In this document: one piece after another, positions 61,928-64,000 of the stretch
Layout of the letters: the number at the start of each line of letters is the position of its first letter
Position numbering within the stretch: position 1 is the stretch's first letter
The notes under the pieces: model-generated
Told to the model about the DNA's origin: nothing
The model's input: the letters and a program-made list of their open reading frames with translations, nothing else
Databases searched by the model: none
DNA from: an uncultured Armatimonadetes bacterium
Lineage (GTDB): Bacteria; Armatimonadota; UBA5829; DTJY01
Reading direction: 5' to 3'
Length of the DNA stretch: 64,000 nucleotides
Assembly: GCA_963717145.1 (NCBI GenBank)
Contig: OY970325.1
Span: 4,960,001 to 5,024,000 of the forward strand
Position numbers and translations under genes: made by a program

Positions 61928-64000
61928 CTAGTCCCGTATCTGAATCAGGTCGGACGTGGTTGTCAGAGATGCGTCCGTTGGCGATAACCGGCTGAGAATG
62001 CCCCGAACAGTCACGTACTGGCCGGTGGCCAAGCCGTGATCTGTCGCATACACTGTGACCGGCATGCCCGACCCGTCGTCGACGGTGAAGGAGCCGCTGT
62101 CCAGCCTGTGCACCTCACCCCAGGTCATGAACAGGAATCTCGATTGTACGTCGAGGGTAAGCGCGTCAAAGACGGCTCGGTTGGTCAAGGAGACCACGGC
62201 GGCAGTGGTATACGCGTGGTTCGCGTCGACTGTGGTGTTGCCCCCCGCATCACGGACTTCCACCTGAACGAAATGAAGACCGAGCGCTCCGTCCGCAGGT
62301 ATCGAGCCCGACCAACTTCCGCCCCCGTTGTCGGTGAGCGGCAATGAGTTGGCGGTCACCGTCTGGATCGCCACGTTATCGGACGCACTCACTTGTACCC
62401 GCACCTGGTCCCCGTCCGCGGCGAGAGATGGAGTCACCGCTATTGAGCTGATCACTGGCGGCGTCACATCAGCGAAGTAAGCTGGGCTTAGCGCCGTCCA
62501 GGTCCCCCATACTCCTCCGCTCACTTGCGACTTGCCCCACATCTTGCCGTCCGCCTGGTAGATGAAGATCTGCAGGCGACCATGGTCGTGGTGCCCGACT
62601 ATAGGCATTCCGATTGCGGAGCCGCCGAGTGATTGCCAGGCAGACCAGCCACCGTCCACTGCCGTCTGCGCGCTTCGCATGACCTGCCCGGCCGCGTCGG
62701 TGTAGAACATCTCCTGCAGACCGGAAGATGGACGGGCGAGCACGGGATCCGAACCGGCAGAGGCACTGAGCGTAGTCCATCCGCCCCAGGACGTGCCGAC
62801 ATTCGTGCTGGACTGGCGATTGTACCGCAGAGTACCGTCGGCGAACCGGCAGTAGACCTCAGTGCGACCGTCGGAGGCCCTGCCCGTCGAAGGTTGCCCG
62901 GCGATCGGTCCGCCGAGGGAAGCCCATCCGGACCACGATCCATCGTTGAGCTGGTATTTCCAGTAGAGCAGGTTGTCGGTTCCGCGCGCGTACAGCTCTT
63001 GTCGGCCCTCCCATGACAGCGCGACCACAGGATCACCGGCCGAACTGCCGCCAAGTGATTCCCAAGCCTGCCATCCGCCGCCCGAGGCCTCCCACCTGTG
63101 CTGAATGCTTCCGTCGGGCATCCTGCAGAAGACGTCCAAGCGGCCGTCGGGGCTCTTGCCTACAGCGGGCTTGCCCTCAATCGGTCCGCCGAAACTTGTC
63201 CATGCCGACCAGCTTCCGTTCGGAGTGCTCTGCATACGGTAGTAGAGGTTGCCGTCACCGAATCTCGCGAAGACGGTATTGCCCTTGCTGATGTTGGTGG
63301 CCGTAACCGGCTCGGAGGCCGCCGTGCCGCCCATGGCATACCATGCAATCCAGCCGCCATTCGGAGTCGCCTGCCGCATCACGTAGATCGCGCCGTCAAT
63401 GCCGCGCGCGAAAACATACATCTGTCCTTTGGTGTTCGTGGCGACCGGATCCACCGAGCGGTACGTGTAGTACGGATACCGGCCGTACACGAGATTCGGC
63501 ATCACCGCGATGAGGACGCCGCCTGCGTGGTAGAGCCAAACATGGGCGATCTGAGTCGCATTGTAGACCACATGATCCCAGCGCGAGTCTGCGCCGGCCG
63601 GGTCGTTGCAGATGTAGTCGCCGGAAGCAGTCACGCCGACCATCAGCACAAGGTGCCCGTTGGTGGAGGTGATCGGCGAGTTCGTGAGTTCGCCTGCGCC
63701 GTAGGCCATGCTCATGATCACAGCGTTCCCGGCGGCGAACTGGTCCCTCAGGGGCTGCTGACCGTTCGCGCGGAACGTATATGCCTTGAACCCACGCTTG
63801 GCCGCCGCCTGCGCGATGAACGGCCAGTTGCCGTAGGCATGGTAGTACTCGTCATAGCAATCGTCCGCGACGGTTTCCGTGGGCAGATCACAGCCGTAGT
63901 AGTCCTCGGCCATGGTGAGTGATGTGGGGCCGCAGATGACGTCGCCGATCCCGGGGACCCAGTACTGCGAGCGCCACGGAACCGGCAGAGAGGTCGTGAC
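61928..64000 (-). CDS. C39-like cysteine peptidase fused to a PLL-like lectin beta-propeller and C-terminal domain (5' truncated)
   Basis: LPVPWRSQ...CGPTSLTM at the window edge, then GHLVLMVG and NDP. About seven W.SLGG....P repeats follow. Confidence 0.8.
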   Translation of the reverse strand, partial: VTTSLPVPWRSQYWVPGIGDVICGPTSLTMAEDYYGCDLPTETVADDCYDEYYHAYGNWPFIAQAAAKRGFKAYTFRANGQQPLRDQFAAGNAVIMSMAYGAGELTNSPITSTNGHLVLMVGVTASGDYICNDPAGADSRWDHVVYNATQIAHVWLYHAGGVLIAVMPNLVYGRYPYYTYRSVDPVATNTKGQMYVFARGIDGAIYVMRQATPNGGWIAWYAMGGTAASEPVTATNISKGNTVFARFGDGNLYYRMQSTPNGSWSAWTSFGGPIEGKPAVGKSPDGRLDVFCRMPDGSIQHRWEASGGGWQAWESLGGSSAGDPVVALSWEGRQELYARGTDNLLYWKYQLNDGSWSGWASLGGPIAGQPSTGRASDGRTEVYCRFADGTLRYNRQSSTNVGTSWGGWTTLSASAGSDPVLARPSSGLQEMFYTDAAGQVMRSAQTAVDGGWSAWQSLGGSAIGMPIVGHHDHGRLQIFIYQADGKMWGKSQVSGGVWGTWTALSPAYFADVTPPVISSIAVTPSLAADGDQVRVQVSASDNVAIQTVTANSLPLTDNGGGSWSGSIPADGALGLHFVQVEVRDAGGNTTVDANHAYTTAAVVSLTNRAVFDALTLDVQSRFLFMTWGEVHRLDSGSFTVDDGSGMPVTVYATDHGLATGQYVTVRGILSRLSPTDASLTTTSDLIQIRD

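Overview
Bacterial genomic window, mostly GC-rich. The secreted multidomain proteins resemble Armatimonadota proteins, but this taxonomy is an inference. (1) 1-11.5 kb is a visibly more AT-rich, one-strand biosynthetic island. It holds an ABC exporter, a pair of exosortase-A-type alpha/beta hydrolases and an IS256 remnant. These are followed by rifN-rifJ-rifK-rifM-like aminoshikimate/AHBA genes, a free-standing acyl carrier protein, an adenylating ligase and a broken GHMP kinase. No PKS or NRPS is in view. (2) 11.6-47.4 kb is a large glycan-utilisation region: sugar ABC transporter, UroD-like protein, cupin isomerase, GH78 rhamnosidase and several unclassified glycoside-hydrolase-like paralogues. 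It also contains an ankyrin gene, a degenerate tmRNA 3' fragment (probable att scar) and a GerMN-amidase. (3) 47.5-54.2 kb is a CsoR/CstR-TolC-DUF2892-RND operon with its promoter and operator. (4) 54.4-64 kb holds a giant amidase_2/GHL10 cell-wall hydrolase with a ~380-nt leader and a C39 peptidase-lectin propeller protein. Several genes carry clustered indels, probably sequencing errors. The best candidate for a new system is the AHBA + ACP + ligase + Cys-hydrolase + ABC module. All homology calls come from motifs recognised by eye; no searches were run.
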